NCBI GenBank assembly: GCA_005882955.1 | Contig: VBBB01000067.1 | Coordinates: 1,745 to 31,223, forward strand | DNA from: Candidatus Bathyarchaeota archaeon | Lineage (GTDB): Archaea > Thermoproteota > Bathyarchaeia > 40CM-2-53-6 | DNA length: 29,479 nucleotides | Direction of reading: 5' to 3' | Part shown: positions 8,629 to 18,137 of the stretch, one piece after another | Layout of the letters: every line of letters starts with the position of its first letter | Position numbering within the stretch: the stretch's first letter is position 1 | The notes under the pieces: generated by a model | What the model saw: only the letters and a program-made list of their open reading frames with translations | Databases searched by the model: none | Told to the model about the DNA's origin: nothing | Translations under genes and position numbers: made by a program

Positions 8629-9606
8629 ATGTCCCCCAAAGCCCAGCTAGGCGGAATCTATCCCCGCTCGGAACAACTCATAGAACTAACGCGATCCTAC
8701 GACAGAGCAAAAACCGATCTCGATACCGTAAAGAAACAAGTCGAACAGGACACGCTAGAGCTAACCGAGCTCCAAGACGACTCAGGATTCGAAACATTCT
8801 CCGATGGAGCCTTCGCCTGGCAAGATCAGCTGAGACCAATTGTCGAATCTCTAGACGGAGTTACAACCGGAACCCGTTACGATCGATGGTTCGACACTAA
8901 CACATTTTACAAGAAACCAATCGTTGGAGGAAAAATAGGCGTCCACCCGTTTGAACCCAAGAATTTCATACGCGCCGATCTCCTACCAAGGACTAAAGGC
9001 TGGAAAGTAACCCTCCCCGGACCATACACCTTCTCCGAACTTTCAGAGAATCTCTACTACCCGAATCAATCCAACCTTCTCTCTGCCGTAGCGGCAGCCG
9101 AACATGAAATAATCAAGAGATTGAAAGATGCCGGTGTTTCGCGATTCCAGCTCTCAGAACCCTGCCTCGTCTACCGACCCTACAGAGAACAGGCATTGGG
9201 CAAATCAGAGCTCGACAACGCGTTGATAGCTCTCCGGAAGACAGTGGACGGCATCCAGGCAAAGTTCTCAGTTCACACTTACTTCGGCGACGCAACGACT
9301 ATCCTGCCGGAACTTCTCAAACTTCCCGTCGACACAGTAGGGTTTGACCTGTTCGAAACGGACTATTCCAAGTTGAAGATCGAGACGACGAAGAAGCTCG
9401 CCCTAGGCATTGTAGATGGCCGAGAGTCAAACGCCGAGAACCCAAAGTGGATCGCTGAGACCGCGACACGAGTATCGAAACATGTCATCGGTGGAGATAT
9501 TGTCCTGGTTCCAAACTCTGACCTGAAATTCGTTCCGCGAAAAGTCGCGGACATCAAAGCGCGAGCGCTTGCCCAGGCTACTAGGCTGTTTGAGGAGGCT
9601 CGGTAG
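8629..9606 (+). CDS. metE: Cobalamin-independent methionine synthase, N-terminal (non-Zn, likely folate-binding) half of a split MetE
   Basis: GIYPRS, FSDG..AWQD, RWFDTNTFYKKP, LPGPYTF, QLSEP and HTYFGD. It lacks the HxC and DCG zinc motifs. The ATG at 8629 is preferred because the TATA box (8591-8598) is too close to the TTG at 8608. Confidence 0.85.
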   Translation: MSPKAQLGGIYPRSEQLIELTRSYDRAKTDLDTVKKQVEQDTLELTELQDDSGFETFSDGAFAWQDQLRPIVESLDGVTTGTRYDRWFDTNTFYKKPIVGGKIGVHPFEPKNFIRADLLPRTKGWKVTLPGPYTFSELSENLYYPNQSNLLSAVAAAEHEIIKRLKDAGVSRFQLSEPCLVYRPYREQALGKSELDNALIALRKTVDGIQAKFSVHTYFGDATTILPELLKLPVDTVGFDLFETDYSKLKIETTKKLALGIVDGRESNAENPKWIAETATRVSKHVIGGDIVLVPNSDLKFVPRKVADIKARALAQATRLFEEAR

Positions 9607-10771
9607 ATGTCGAAGTTGTATCCTGTTCAGGAAATCGGGAGCTTAGCGAAGCCGAGATGGCGGACGAAGGGGCTGACCCAGCCGCTCTCGAGTAAGGACC
9701 TAGTGGAGGCTGAGGAATGGGCGCAGCGACTTGGCATTCCGGACTTTCAAGACCGTTCCAAGCAACTTCTGGCCGCACAGGGGCTGAATGATCGCGTCAG
9801 AGAGCTTCTAGAGCTTTCCACAATCTATGGATTGAGGCTTTTCGAGCAGACCGGTCTCGACAATGTCGGGGTTGGAGGAGAACAGCAACGGGTCGAGATG
9901 TACGAGCATGTGATCCGGGGCGTCGAGGGAATGAGGGTCCTCGGTCATGTCCAATCGTTCGATTTCAAGTATTTCAACAAGGCTGTCGCAGAGTCCAAGA
10001 TCCACCGTAAGCATCCGATCTATCTCCAAGAATTCCTCGACGTCAAAAAGAACGCGAAGGGACAGCTGAAGGTCCCGATCACTGGACCCTACACGCTAGT
10101 CGACTGGTCCTTCAGCGGTCACTACTCCGGCGGACGAACCAGCCTGAGTCTCAAGAAGCAGAAGCAGGAGGCGAAGAGAGAGTTCCTCCTAGACTTCGTC
10201 CAGCAGGTGATCCGACCAGAGATTCGCGACCTAGTCGATGCTGGGGCTGAATGGATCCAGATCGATGAGCCTGCGATCACTACACACCCGGAGCCCGCGG
10301 ACATGGATCTGTTTGTCGAGGGCTGGAATGAGACGGTTCGAGGATTCAACTGCAAATTCAGCGACCATACATGCTATCCCTCCCAGATAGGATACAAAGT
10401 ACTCGCACAATATTGCCAACAGAGACAGTACAAGTCTAGGGGTTGACGCTAAGCATCGGGAAGGATACCGGGACCTAGAGTACTTCATCCGGAACGGTTA
10501 CGACGGCGAGTTTGGCGTCGGAGTAGTCCACGTTCACGACTTTTCCGGACACGTCCCGCCCGGTTCAGGAAAGGAAGCTGGACGGAATATCCTGGAATCG
10601 CCCGAACTCGTACGCGATCGACTGCTCTACGCTGCAAAGGTCGTAGGTGATCCGGCGAAGATCTGGGCCAACCCAGACTGCGGACTGAGGACTAGGACCT
10701 GGGATGTGACTTTCGCGAAACTCATCAGCACTGTCAAGGGTGCAGAGCTCGCACGGGAGGCTTCACGCTGA
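9607..10771 (+). CDS. metE: Cobalamin-independent methionine synthase, catalytic Zn half; frameshift/deletion near 10414
   Basis: EIGSLAKPRW, GEQQRVEM, PITGPYTL, IQIDEPA and HTC. After the shift to frame 2: ANRDSTSLGVD...ESPELVRDRL...WANPDCGLRTRTW...EASR*, with the stop at 10769-10771. Confidence 0.9.
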
Positions 10772-11638
10772 GACTCTCGGATGCAGCGAATAATCACCCC
10801 ATTGTGACGGTTGAGCTAATCCCGGACCGCGTCATCCCGGCGCACCTGCCCATACTACAGGGCCGCGTTGACGCTATCACTATTCCCGCTTTCAGGAATG
10901 GCGAAGGTGATCCCAGCTATCCCGCAGGATTCAGAGTTACGCCTCAGACGAGGAGTCTCGCTTCTGCAGTCATAGTCAGGAAGACTGGTGCTGAGGCTGT
11001 TCCCTCGCTGACGTGCAGAGATTTTCGTCGATCAGACCTAGGCCTGGTTCCTTCACTCTTCAAGAAGGGTCTGGATAATTTCCTAGTCGTCTTTGGGGAT
11101 CCCTATCCCGGACACCGGATCGAAGATTACGATTTTAGAAAAACAGAGGATCTGATTCGAGGGGTCCTCTCAGTCTTTGACGGTCCGCGGCCCTGCATTG
11201 GGGCTGTAACCAACCAATATGCTAAGGATCAGGAACGAGAGACTGCTCGGACGCTACGCAAGGTAGATGCTGGAGCGGACTATGTTGTAACGAATACCGC
11301 GTTTGACGATCGTCTCGTGCTCGACCACGTCGATAAGCTTCGATCCCAAGGTCTGAAAGCGCCAATCTTCGTACAGGTATCTATTCCGTCAGGATTGTCG
11401 AAAGTTCGATATCCCGATCCCCGAAAAAGTGATTCAGACTCTCACTCGTAACCCATTTGGAGGAGGAATCCATATCGCGGCCCAAGCATATACAGCCCTT
11501 CGCGGCGAAGTCAGCGGGATCCACTTTTCGTACCTTCATAGAAGTCACAACCCGATTCCGGCCTACGTTCACCTGCTGGATGCTATTGAGACTGATGGGC
11601 AGCTGACAGTCTCTATCCAAGCAGCCTTGAGACACTGA
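10768..11638 (+). CDS. metF: Methylenetetrahydrofolate reductase family protein; frameshift/deletion near 11400
   Basis: VTVELIP, PSLTCRD, FLVVFGDP and KVDAGADYVVT. The 11429-11638 ORF (KFDIPIPEKVIQ...GIHFS) completes the barrel. Start is a CTG overlapping the metE TGA (CTGA), with GGGAGG 7 nt upstream. Confidence 0.82.
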
Positions 11639-11721
11639 GAATTCTCTTATTCCAGTTCACGAATCAGATTCTAGACCTACTGCTCGGACCAATGAGGCGA
11701 CTGTTATTGTTTGCGTCAGTG

Positions 11722-11877
11722 TCAGCTTTTGACCGGTTTCAGCGGTCCACCGCAGACTATGCAGCTCATGGATTGGCGATAGGTAAGCACGAGCTGTCCG
11801 CATTTGTCGCAGACCTTTGCCTGAATCTCTAGGCCTGCCTTCTTTGTAGGTAGCCGCGTGAGACAGCCCTTCGACAA
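11722..11877 (-). CDS. Small Zn-ribbon protein (51 aa, CxxC-x12-CxxC)
   Basis: Manual translation MSKGCLTRLPTKKAGLEIQAKVCDKCGQLVLTYRQSMSCIVCGGPLKPVKS. It is not in the ORF track and the start codon is uncertain. Confidence 0.6.
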   Translation of the reverse strand: MSKGCLTRLPTKKAGLEIQAKVCDKCGQLVLTYRQSMSCIVCGGPLKPVKS

Positions 11878-11998
11878 AGAACGATTTGCGATTACCCGAA
11901 CTTAGACCTTCAAGGCTCAACGAGAGCAAATCGTGGTTACAGAAAAGAACGGGTGAACGGGAGCAATCCGCGTATAGAATTCTATATTCTTACTGACG

Positions 11999-12443
11999 CT
12001 AGGGGATTGTGAACGTGAAATAACGATGCAAGGTTACGATCTCCACCGTATAGTACATTCCCGCATGGAATGTGAACGCTGTTCCGTCTATGACAATGTT
12101 GATGGAGATAGCTGCGCCCGGAGCTATGCTTGGTCCCGACCAATTGCCATTTGCATACTGGTCGCCTGAAGAGTCCTTGACGTGGTACGCAATGAGTGCG
12201 ACTGCAACGCTACCAGGATTCATTAGGTTCAGTGTAACGTTAGTTGGGTTGTTGATCTGGTAAGAGTTCATCGTCAATGTCTGGAAGGGGGTAGGGATTC
12301 TGCAAGCGTGGTTACCAAGGATTTGGACTTCAAGAACTGTTGCACGGGCAGGCGGTTGGTTGCTCAGAGAATACGAGCGCGGTTCCGAACGCAGCTACTC
12401 CTGCGAGAAAAACTGACAAGGGACCAAGCGTATTCTTGTTCAT
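11999..12443 (-). pseudogene. Disrupted membrane-anchored protein with an archaeal pilin-like beta-sandwich C-terminal domain
   Basis: An ATG at 12443 gives MNKNTLGPLSVFLAGVAAFGTALVFSE (hydrophobic anchor). TGA, TAA and a frameshift follow before the intact domain MNSYQINNPTNVTLNLMNPGSVAVALIAYHVKDSSG...FTFHAGMYYTVEIVT. The pilin resemblance is from recall, not a search. Confidence 0.5.
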
Positions 12444-12598
12444 CAACCCTTACAAGAATAAACGCGAGACAGCTGGAATTTTAGACAAGTTCAACTCAGC
12501 TAGCACAGGTTCAGTCACATGATACATGTCGTGTCAGGGCGTCTGTCGTACGACCTTTCCGAACGATTTATTGTCTCGCGACTTTCTCTCGAACAAAC

Positions 12599-13510
12599 AT
12601 GAGTTCAGAAAAGATAGGGTTCGCGCTCAGACCCGGAGTATTCTCGGCCCTAGAGATCAAAGATACGGCTGTTGCATTGGAGTTGAGTGATAAGGTTTCA
12701 CGCATCTTTGTTCCCGACATGCGGATCGGCTATGAATCCTTAGAAATTGCGTCGTCAATTCTCGCTCTCACGAAAAGGGTCCGCTCGGGAAGCGGGGTCA
12801 TACGATTGCTGGAACATGATCTACAGCTATTGACCCGTAGGGTCCAGACACTCCAAACTCTTTCGTCAAGCCGCCTCATCCTAGGGGTGGGAACTGGGCC
12901 TCCAGGCCCTCAGCCTGGCAAGACAGTGAGCGCCATGCTTGAAAGGCTCGACGAACTCAAGAAGGGGCTAGCGAGTTTTCCTCAAGGAGTCAAGTCTCCA
13001 GAAATCTACGTTGCGGCTCTCAAACTAGGAATCGCCAAACGCGCCGCCAGCAAGGCGGACGGTTTACTCCTGAATTTTTGTTCTCCCCAGCATGCTTCCA
13101 AACTGGTGGAGGCGGCGAGTATCGAGAGAGGCGAGGGAATTGACTTTGCGTGCTATCTGAAGATCTTCTATTCCTCGCGGGATGATGAAACGGCCCAGAG
13201 GCTGATGCTGCAGGAGTTTCTGAGCTACGACTCTGCTCCTCAGTACCACGAAATGTTCGTCCAAGACGGGATCGCGAAAGCGATTTCGACATTCAAGGAG
13301 AACGAAGGATGGAAGAATGGTCCGGTCAACGTGCCCAAAGAGCTACTGAGAGTAAGCCTGGCCAATCCTGAGAGCGACGAACTAGTTCAATACGTGAAGG
13401 CTTTCAGGCAAGCTAGAGTAACGCTTCCAGTAGTCTACCCATACTTTCCGAGCGGTGAAGATGCAAGGTTCAAACTTGAGACAGTGAATCGAATAGTGAA
13501 GTCATTGTGA
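12599..13510 (+). CDS. Luciferase-like (LLM class) flavin/F420-dependent oxidoreductase
   Basis: RVRSGSGV, RLILGVGTG, IYVAALK...AASKADGLLLN and VVYPY match the LLM TIM-barrel pattern. Confidence 0.75.
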   Translation: MSSEKIGFALRPGVFSALEIKDTAVALELSDKVSRIFVPDMRIGYESLEIASSILALTKRVRSGSGVIRLLEHDLQLLTRRVQTLQTLSSSRLILGVGTGPPGPQPGKTVSAMLERLDELKKGLASFPQGVKSPEIYVAALKLGIAKRAASKADGLLLNFCSPQHASKLVEAASIERGEGIDFACYLKIFYSSRDDETAQRLMLQEFLSYDSAPQYHEMFVQDGIAKAISTFKENEGWKNGPVNVPKELLRVSLANPESDELVQYVKAFRQARVTLPVVYPYFPSGEDARFKLETVNRIVKSL

Positions 13511-13671
13511 AGGACTGGAGGCTAGAGGATCCTCTTCAAGTCAAATACGATCCGATAGATGTCGGCTTCACGAAGGTTGAGTTTTGAAATGCGGTCGACT
13601 GGAATTTTTGAAATCAAATATAGCTCGGAACCGGGACCCCAACAAAACTGTAGCTTGGAGACATTGCCTTC

Positions 13672-15183
13672 TTGGTAGAGATTAGCCAGAACGAGGCCAG
13701 AGTTCTGAAGACCCTCATCGATTCTGGTGGAAAAGCCCCTATCGAAGACCTAGCGAAGAAAGCTGGTCTGGCGGATTCCGCGGTCGCGCGCGCTGTTCTG
13801 AATCTCTCCCAGAGCCAGCTCGTCAAGGAGAAGGTTGAGAAGAAAACCGAGCTGAGTCTAACGGATGAAGGACGAACATTCGCCAGAGGGGGACTCCCAG
13901 AGCGAATAATCCTTCTGGAAGTCAAGAATCGTGGTGGACGGTTGAGCCTGAGGGAAGCTCTTCAGCATGCAAAGTTGGCCGAGAAGTATGGCTCGATAGC
14001 TACTGGATGGATTAGCCGGAAGAAGTGGGGAACCATCGAAAAGTCAGGACCAGACCTTGTGATTGTGGTCCGGAGCGACGCGCCGATCGACGATGACGAG
14101 GAGATCCTTGCCCGCTTGAAGAATGACGATCTGATTCTTGAGGAACTGCCGTCAAGTTTGAAGGAAGCGGCCTTACGGCTGACAAAGAGGAATCTCCTGG
14201 AGTCTAGAGTCAGGAATGATCGTGAAGTTGAGATCACAGACGCGGGACGGAATATGGGGGTGGGCGCTCCATCCCAGCCAGAGGTGAGTTCCCTAACCGG
14301 GGATATGATCGTCTCGGGTGAGTGGGAGAAGGTCAAGCTTCGAAGCTACAATGTCTCGTCAGCTGTTCCGCAATCCTTTCCCGGCAAGTATCATCCCTAC
14401 TTGCGATTCTTGCGAATGGTGAAGAGGAAGCTTGTGGCTCTCGGTTTCCGAGAAGCAATCGGCCCGCTCGTCGAAACCGCGTTCATCAACTGTGACTGCC
14501 TCTATATGCCTCAAGATCATCCAGCACGCGAGATTCATGATCTTTACTATCTCAAGGACCCGTCAAGGGCCAGTCTGGAAGAATATGGGAGCTTAGTCGA
14601 TAGAGTAGCGCAGACCCATGAGAACGGCTGGAAGACAGGATCGACTGGATGGCGCTACAAGTTTTCGAGAGACGAAGCGTCTAAGCTGATCCTCCGAAGC
14701 CATGGAACAGCGCTCAGCGTCCGAACTATGTTGTCGAAGGACCTTCAGATCCCGGGAAAATACTTCGCCATCGCAAGATGCTTCCGCCCAGACATGCTGG
14801 ACAAAACCCACCTTACAGAATTTAACCAGGCCGAGGGCATCGTTCTGGACCCCAGTCTGAACCTGCGGAATCTCCTAGGTATCCTAGAGATGTTTGCGAA
14901 GGAGGTGGCGGGAGCGGACAAGGTTCGGTTCAAGCCTGATTATTTTCCGTTCACGGAGCCGAGTGTGGAGTTGCAGGCGTACCGGGAAGGCTTTGGCTGG
15001 ATGGAGTTTGGCGGAAGCGGAATCTTCCGGCCGGAAGTCACAGAGCCGCTGGGCGTGAAGGTTCCTGTGCTGGCATGGGGTCTCGGGATAGACCGGCTGT
15101 ACATGATGAGCCGAAGAATCCAGGATATTCGTCAATTGTTCACTTCGGACCTGGAGTGGATTAGAGAGCAGATGGTGAGCTAG
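13672..15183 (+). CDS. pheS: Phenylalanine--tRNA ligase alpha subunit (archaeal type with N-terminal winged helices)
   Basis: GKYHPY, YMPQDHPAREIHD, LRSHGT, RCFRPD, THLTEFNQAEG, YFPFTEPS, GSGIFRPEV and WGLGIDRL. Confidence 0.98.
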   Translation: MVEISQNEARVLKTLIDSGGKAPIEDLAKKAGLADSAVARAVLNLSQSQLVKEKVEKKTELSLTDEGRTFARGGLPERIILLEVKNRGGRLSLREALQHAKLAEKYGSIATGWISRKKWGTIEKSGPDLVIVVRSDAPIDDDEEILARLKNDDLILEELPSSLKEAALRLTKRNLLESRVRNDREVEITDAGRNMGVGAPSQPEVSSLTGDMIVSGEWEKVKLRSYNVSSAVPQSFPGKYHPYLRFLRMVKRKLVALGFREAIGPLVETAFINCDCLYMPQDHPAREIHDLYYLKDPSRASLEEYGSLVDRVAQTHENGWKTGSTGWRYKFSRDEASKLILRSHGTALSVRTMLSKDLQIPGKYFAIARCFRPDMLDKTHLTEFNQAEGIVLDPSLNLRNLLGILEMFAKEVAGADKVRFKPDYFPFTEPSVELQAYREGFGWMEFGGSGIFRPEVTEPLGVKVPVLAWGLGIDRLYMMSRRIQDIRQLFTSDLEWIREQMVS

Positions 15184-15185
15184 AG

Positions 15186-16865
15186 ACGCCAAGCGTACAG
15201 TTCTCGCTCACCGATCTTGAGGGTCTCCTTGGTAAGACTGTGCCCAGGGACAAAGAGGACCTCAACGAGATCTTCGCTTTCGTCAAAGGAGATGTGGAAT
15301 CTCTTGAAGGGAACGCCGTTTCCATCGAAGTCAAGGATAGCAACCGTCCAGACATTTGGGCTGTCGAAGGAATGGCCAGGGCTCTTCGAGGCTACTTGGG
15401 AGTCGGCCGAACGAAAGAGATACGACTCGCAGGGAGGTCGAATCTGAAAGTTGTCATCGACAAGCGCGTTAAGCCGATTCGTCCCTTCATCTCGACCGCA
15501 ATCGTCAAGGGTCTACAGCCAACCGATGAGGCGTTGAAGAGCTGGATCAATCTTCAGGAAAAACTCGACCAGACCTATGGGAGGAAGAGAAGGAGGGCTT
15601 CAATAGGATTCTATCAAGCCGACCTGATACAATCTCCACTCTCGTACACGGTCGCCAATCCCGACATAATCACCTTCGCTCCCTTAGGATCGGAGAATAA
15701 ACAGAGTCTCCGAGACATAGTCGAGAACCATCCGAAGGGAGCAGAATATGGAGAAATCATTTCCCAATTTGAAACATGGCCCATACTCGTCGATGGCGCT
15801 GACAATGTCCTCTCGCTCCCCCCGGTGATCAATTCTAACGATCTCGGGAGGATTACTACGGAGACGAAAAACATTCTCATTGAAGTTACGGGTACGAACG
15901 CTGAGACTGTTCATAATACTCTGAAAATTGTGGTTTCAACTCTTGCAGAGAGAGGAGGAAAAATCTACAGCTGCCTCGAAATCTACCCTTACGGCTCCCC
16001 ACGAAGATTCGTTAGTCCGGACCTGAGCCCAACACGGGCACAGCTTCGCCTGTCCTACATCAACACGCTTCTGGGAACGTCGCTTACATTGAAGGAGGCT
16101 TCGCGATTAGCTGAAAGAGCAGGATACAGGGTCCGAATAGCCACAGGGGATACTATTCAATTGGAGATTTCTTGCTATCGAACTGACATTATGCACTCTG
16201 TGGACATCATTGAAGACATCGCAATTGCTATGGACATTAACAAGTTGAAGCCTGTGTGGCCCAAGATCTGGACTGTGGGCAACTTTGCGAAAGAGACAGA
16301 CGAGACCGAGAGTGTCGGCGAGACCATGATCGGACTGGGTTTCCAGGAGGTTCTGACTTACGCATTGACATCGCCAGCAGTAGTTTCAAACAACGTGCAG
16401 TCGATTGACGGAAAGTTGGTTGAGCTCTTGAATCCAAGAATGACTACCCACACCGTAGTGAGAAGCTGGCTTCTGCCTAGCCTTCTAGAGATTCTCTCTC
16501 ACAATACACATGTTGACTATCCTCAGAGAATCTTCGAAATTGGACCGTATATCAGTCGCGGAGAAAACCTGATCCACCCAATCCAAGAAAGCCGGAAACT
16601 AGCCGCGGTAACAATCCACGCAAACGCTGGATTCACCGAAATTCGTTCTTCATTTGATGCGCTGGCACAGAACAAGGGTCGATCATTCCAGATCAAAGAG
16701 ACAGAGCATCCCAGTTTCCTATCAGGAAGGTGTGGAGCGATAACATCAGATGGAACAGAGGTTGGAGTCATCGGAGAGCTGAATCCACGAGTCATCAAAT
16801 CCTGGGGGCTGAATCTTCCAGCTGCAGCATTCGAAATGGAAATGTCCGCCCTATCTTTGACATAG
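15186..16865 (+). CDS. pheT: Phenylalanine--tRNA ligase beta subunit (probable ACG start)
   Basis: SNRPDIW, NLQEKL, GRKRRRASIG, SLPPVINS, YRTDIMHSVDIIEDIAIA and RSWLLPSL. The in-frame upstream extension ACG-PSVQFSLTDLEGLLGK matches the typical PheT N-terminus. Confidence 0.96.
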   Translation, partial: TPSVQFSLTDLEGLLGKTVPRDKEDLNEIFAFVKGDVESLEGNAVSIEVKDSNRPDIWAVEGMARALRGYLGVGRTKEIRLAGRSNLKVVIDKRVKPIRPFISTAIVKGLQPTDEALKSWINLQEKLDQTYGRKRRRASIGFYQADLIQSPLSYTVANPDIITFAPLGSENKQSLRDIVENHPKGAEYGEIISQFETWPILVDGADNVLSLPPVINSNDLGRITTETKNILIEVTGTNAETVHNTLKIVVSTLAERGGKIYSCLEIYPYGSPRRFVSPDLSPTRAQLRLSYINTLLGTSLTLKEASRLAERAGYRVRIATGDTIQLEISCYRTDIMHSVDIIEDIAIAMDINKLKPVWPKIWTVGNFAKETDETESVGETMIGLGFQEVLTYALTSPAVVSNNVQSIDGKLVELLNPRMTTHTVVRSWLLPSLLEILSHNTHVDYPQRIFEIGPYISRGENLIHPIQESRKLAAVTIHANAGFTEIRSSFDALAQNKGRSFQIKETEHPSFLSGRCGAITSDGTEVGVIGELNPRVIKSWGLNLPAAAFEMEMSALSLT

Positions 16866-16889
16866 CCCCATCTCAGAGATGTGTGAATT

Positions 16890-18029
16890 ATGGTTGACAG
16901 GAAATTCGTCGTAACTCCGTGGGAAGTCACTGGCGAAGTCGACTATGAACGGCTGATTCGCGACTTTGGAACCCAGCCTATAGTGGGTCCTCTCGCAAAA
17001 CGACTCGAAGGAATCCTAAGCGACGCCGCATATCTCGTGCGTCGTCAGGTCTTCTTCTCCCATCGGGATCTGAACGTTGTTCTTGATGACCATGACAAAG
17101 GTAAGGGGTTCTTCCTCTACACTGGTCGTGGCCCTAGTGGTCCGATGCACATCGGCCATATTCTCAGCTTCTACTTCACCAAGTGGCTCCAAGACAAGTT
17201 CCACGTCAACGTCTACATTCAGATGACCGATGATGAGAAATTCCTCGAGGAGAAGAGGAGCCTCACCTACGAAGATACGCAGAAATGGGGCCAAGACAAT
17301 ATCCTCGAATTCGACCCCGACGAGACGTTCATCTTTCAAGACACAGAGTTCGTTGGCCACGCCTACCCTATGATCCTGAAGATCGCTCGGAGAATAAATT
17401 ACAGCACCGCGAAGTCAGTTTTCGGCTTCACCGGCGAGACCAACATCGGAATGAGCTTCTACCCCGCAATACAGATCCTTCCAAGCCTGTTCGAGAAGAA
17501 ACGCTGCCTCATACCCTCAGCCATCGACCAAGACCCGTACTGGAGAATACAACGAGACATCGCAGAACCGCTCGGATTCCACAAAGCAGCCGCTATCCAC
17601 AGCAAATTCCTCCCACCACTGACTGGGATACAGGACAAGATGAGCTCGTCCAAACCCGAAACCGCCATCTATCTCAACGATGACAACAAGACCGTACGGA
17701 ACAAGATCTACCGACACGCCTTCTCAGGAGGACAAGCATCCATCGAAGAACACCGCAAACTCGGCGGCAACCCTGTCATTGACGTTCCCTTCCAGTGGCT
17801 CTACATGTTCTTCGAACCCGACGACAAACGCATTGAAGAAATCCGGTCAGAATACAAGGGCGGACGAATGCTAACAGGAGACCTGAAAGATATCCTGGTC
17901 GAGAAAGTGACCAAGTTCTTGCGGGAGCATAGAGAACGGAGAGAGAAGGCGAGGGCTCAGGTACATCTATTCAAGAAAGATGGTGCCCTCGCACGAGAGA
18001 TGTGGAAGCACGATTTCAGCAAATCGTAG
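16890..18029 (+). CDS. trpS: Tryptophan--tRNA ligase (archaeal/eukaryal type)
   Basis: VTPWEV, LYTGRGPSGPMHIGH, QMTDDEKF, AIDQDPYWR, KMSSS and AFSGG. Confidence 0.98.
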   Translation: MVDRKFVVTPWEVTGEVDYERLIRDFGTQPIVGPLAKRLEGILSDAAYLVRRQVFFSHRDLNVVLDDHDKGKGFFLYTGRGPSGPMHIGHILSFYFTKWLQDKFHVNVYIQMTDDEKFLEEKRSLTYEDTQKWGQDNILEFDPDETFIFQDTEFVGHAYPMILKIARRINYSTAKSVFGFTGETNIGMSFYPAIQILPSLFEKKRCLIPSAIDQDPYWRIQRDIAEPLGFHKAAAIHSKFLPPLTGIQDKMSSSKPETAIYLNDDNKTVRNKIYRHAFSGGQASIEEHRKLGGNPVIDVPFQWLYMFFEPDDKRIEEIRSEYKGGRMLTGDLKDILVEKVTKFLREHRERREKARAQVHLFKKDGALAREMWKHDFSKS

Positions 18030-18137
18030 CAACCAGGATCCTTCGACCCGTGTTTCCCAGTCCTCTAACCGGCCGTCCTCCTTTCCGACCAGCGCGGTTT
18101 AAATCAGAACAGGCCTACTTAGGGACACGCATACCCG

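Noticed and set aside
11657-11929. 90-aa minus-strand ORF in the track
   Set aside because: It has no recognisable features. The overlapping alternative frame with the CxxC/CxxC motif is the better gene candidate.
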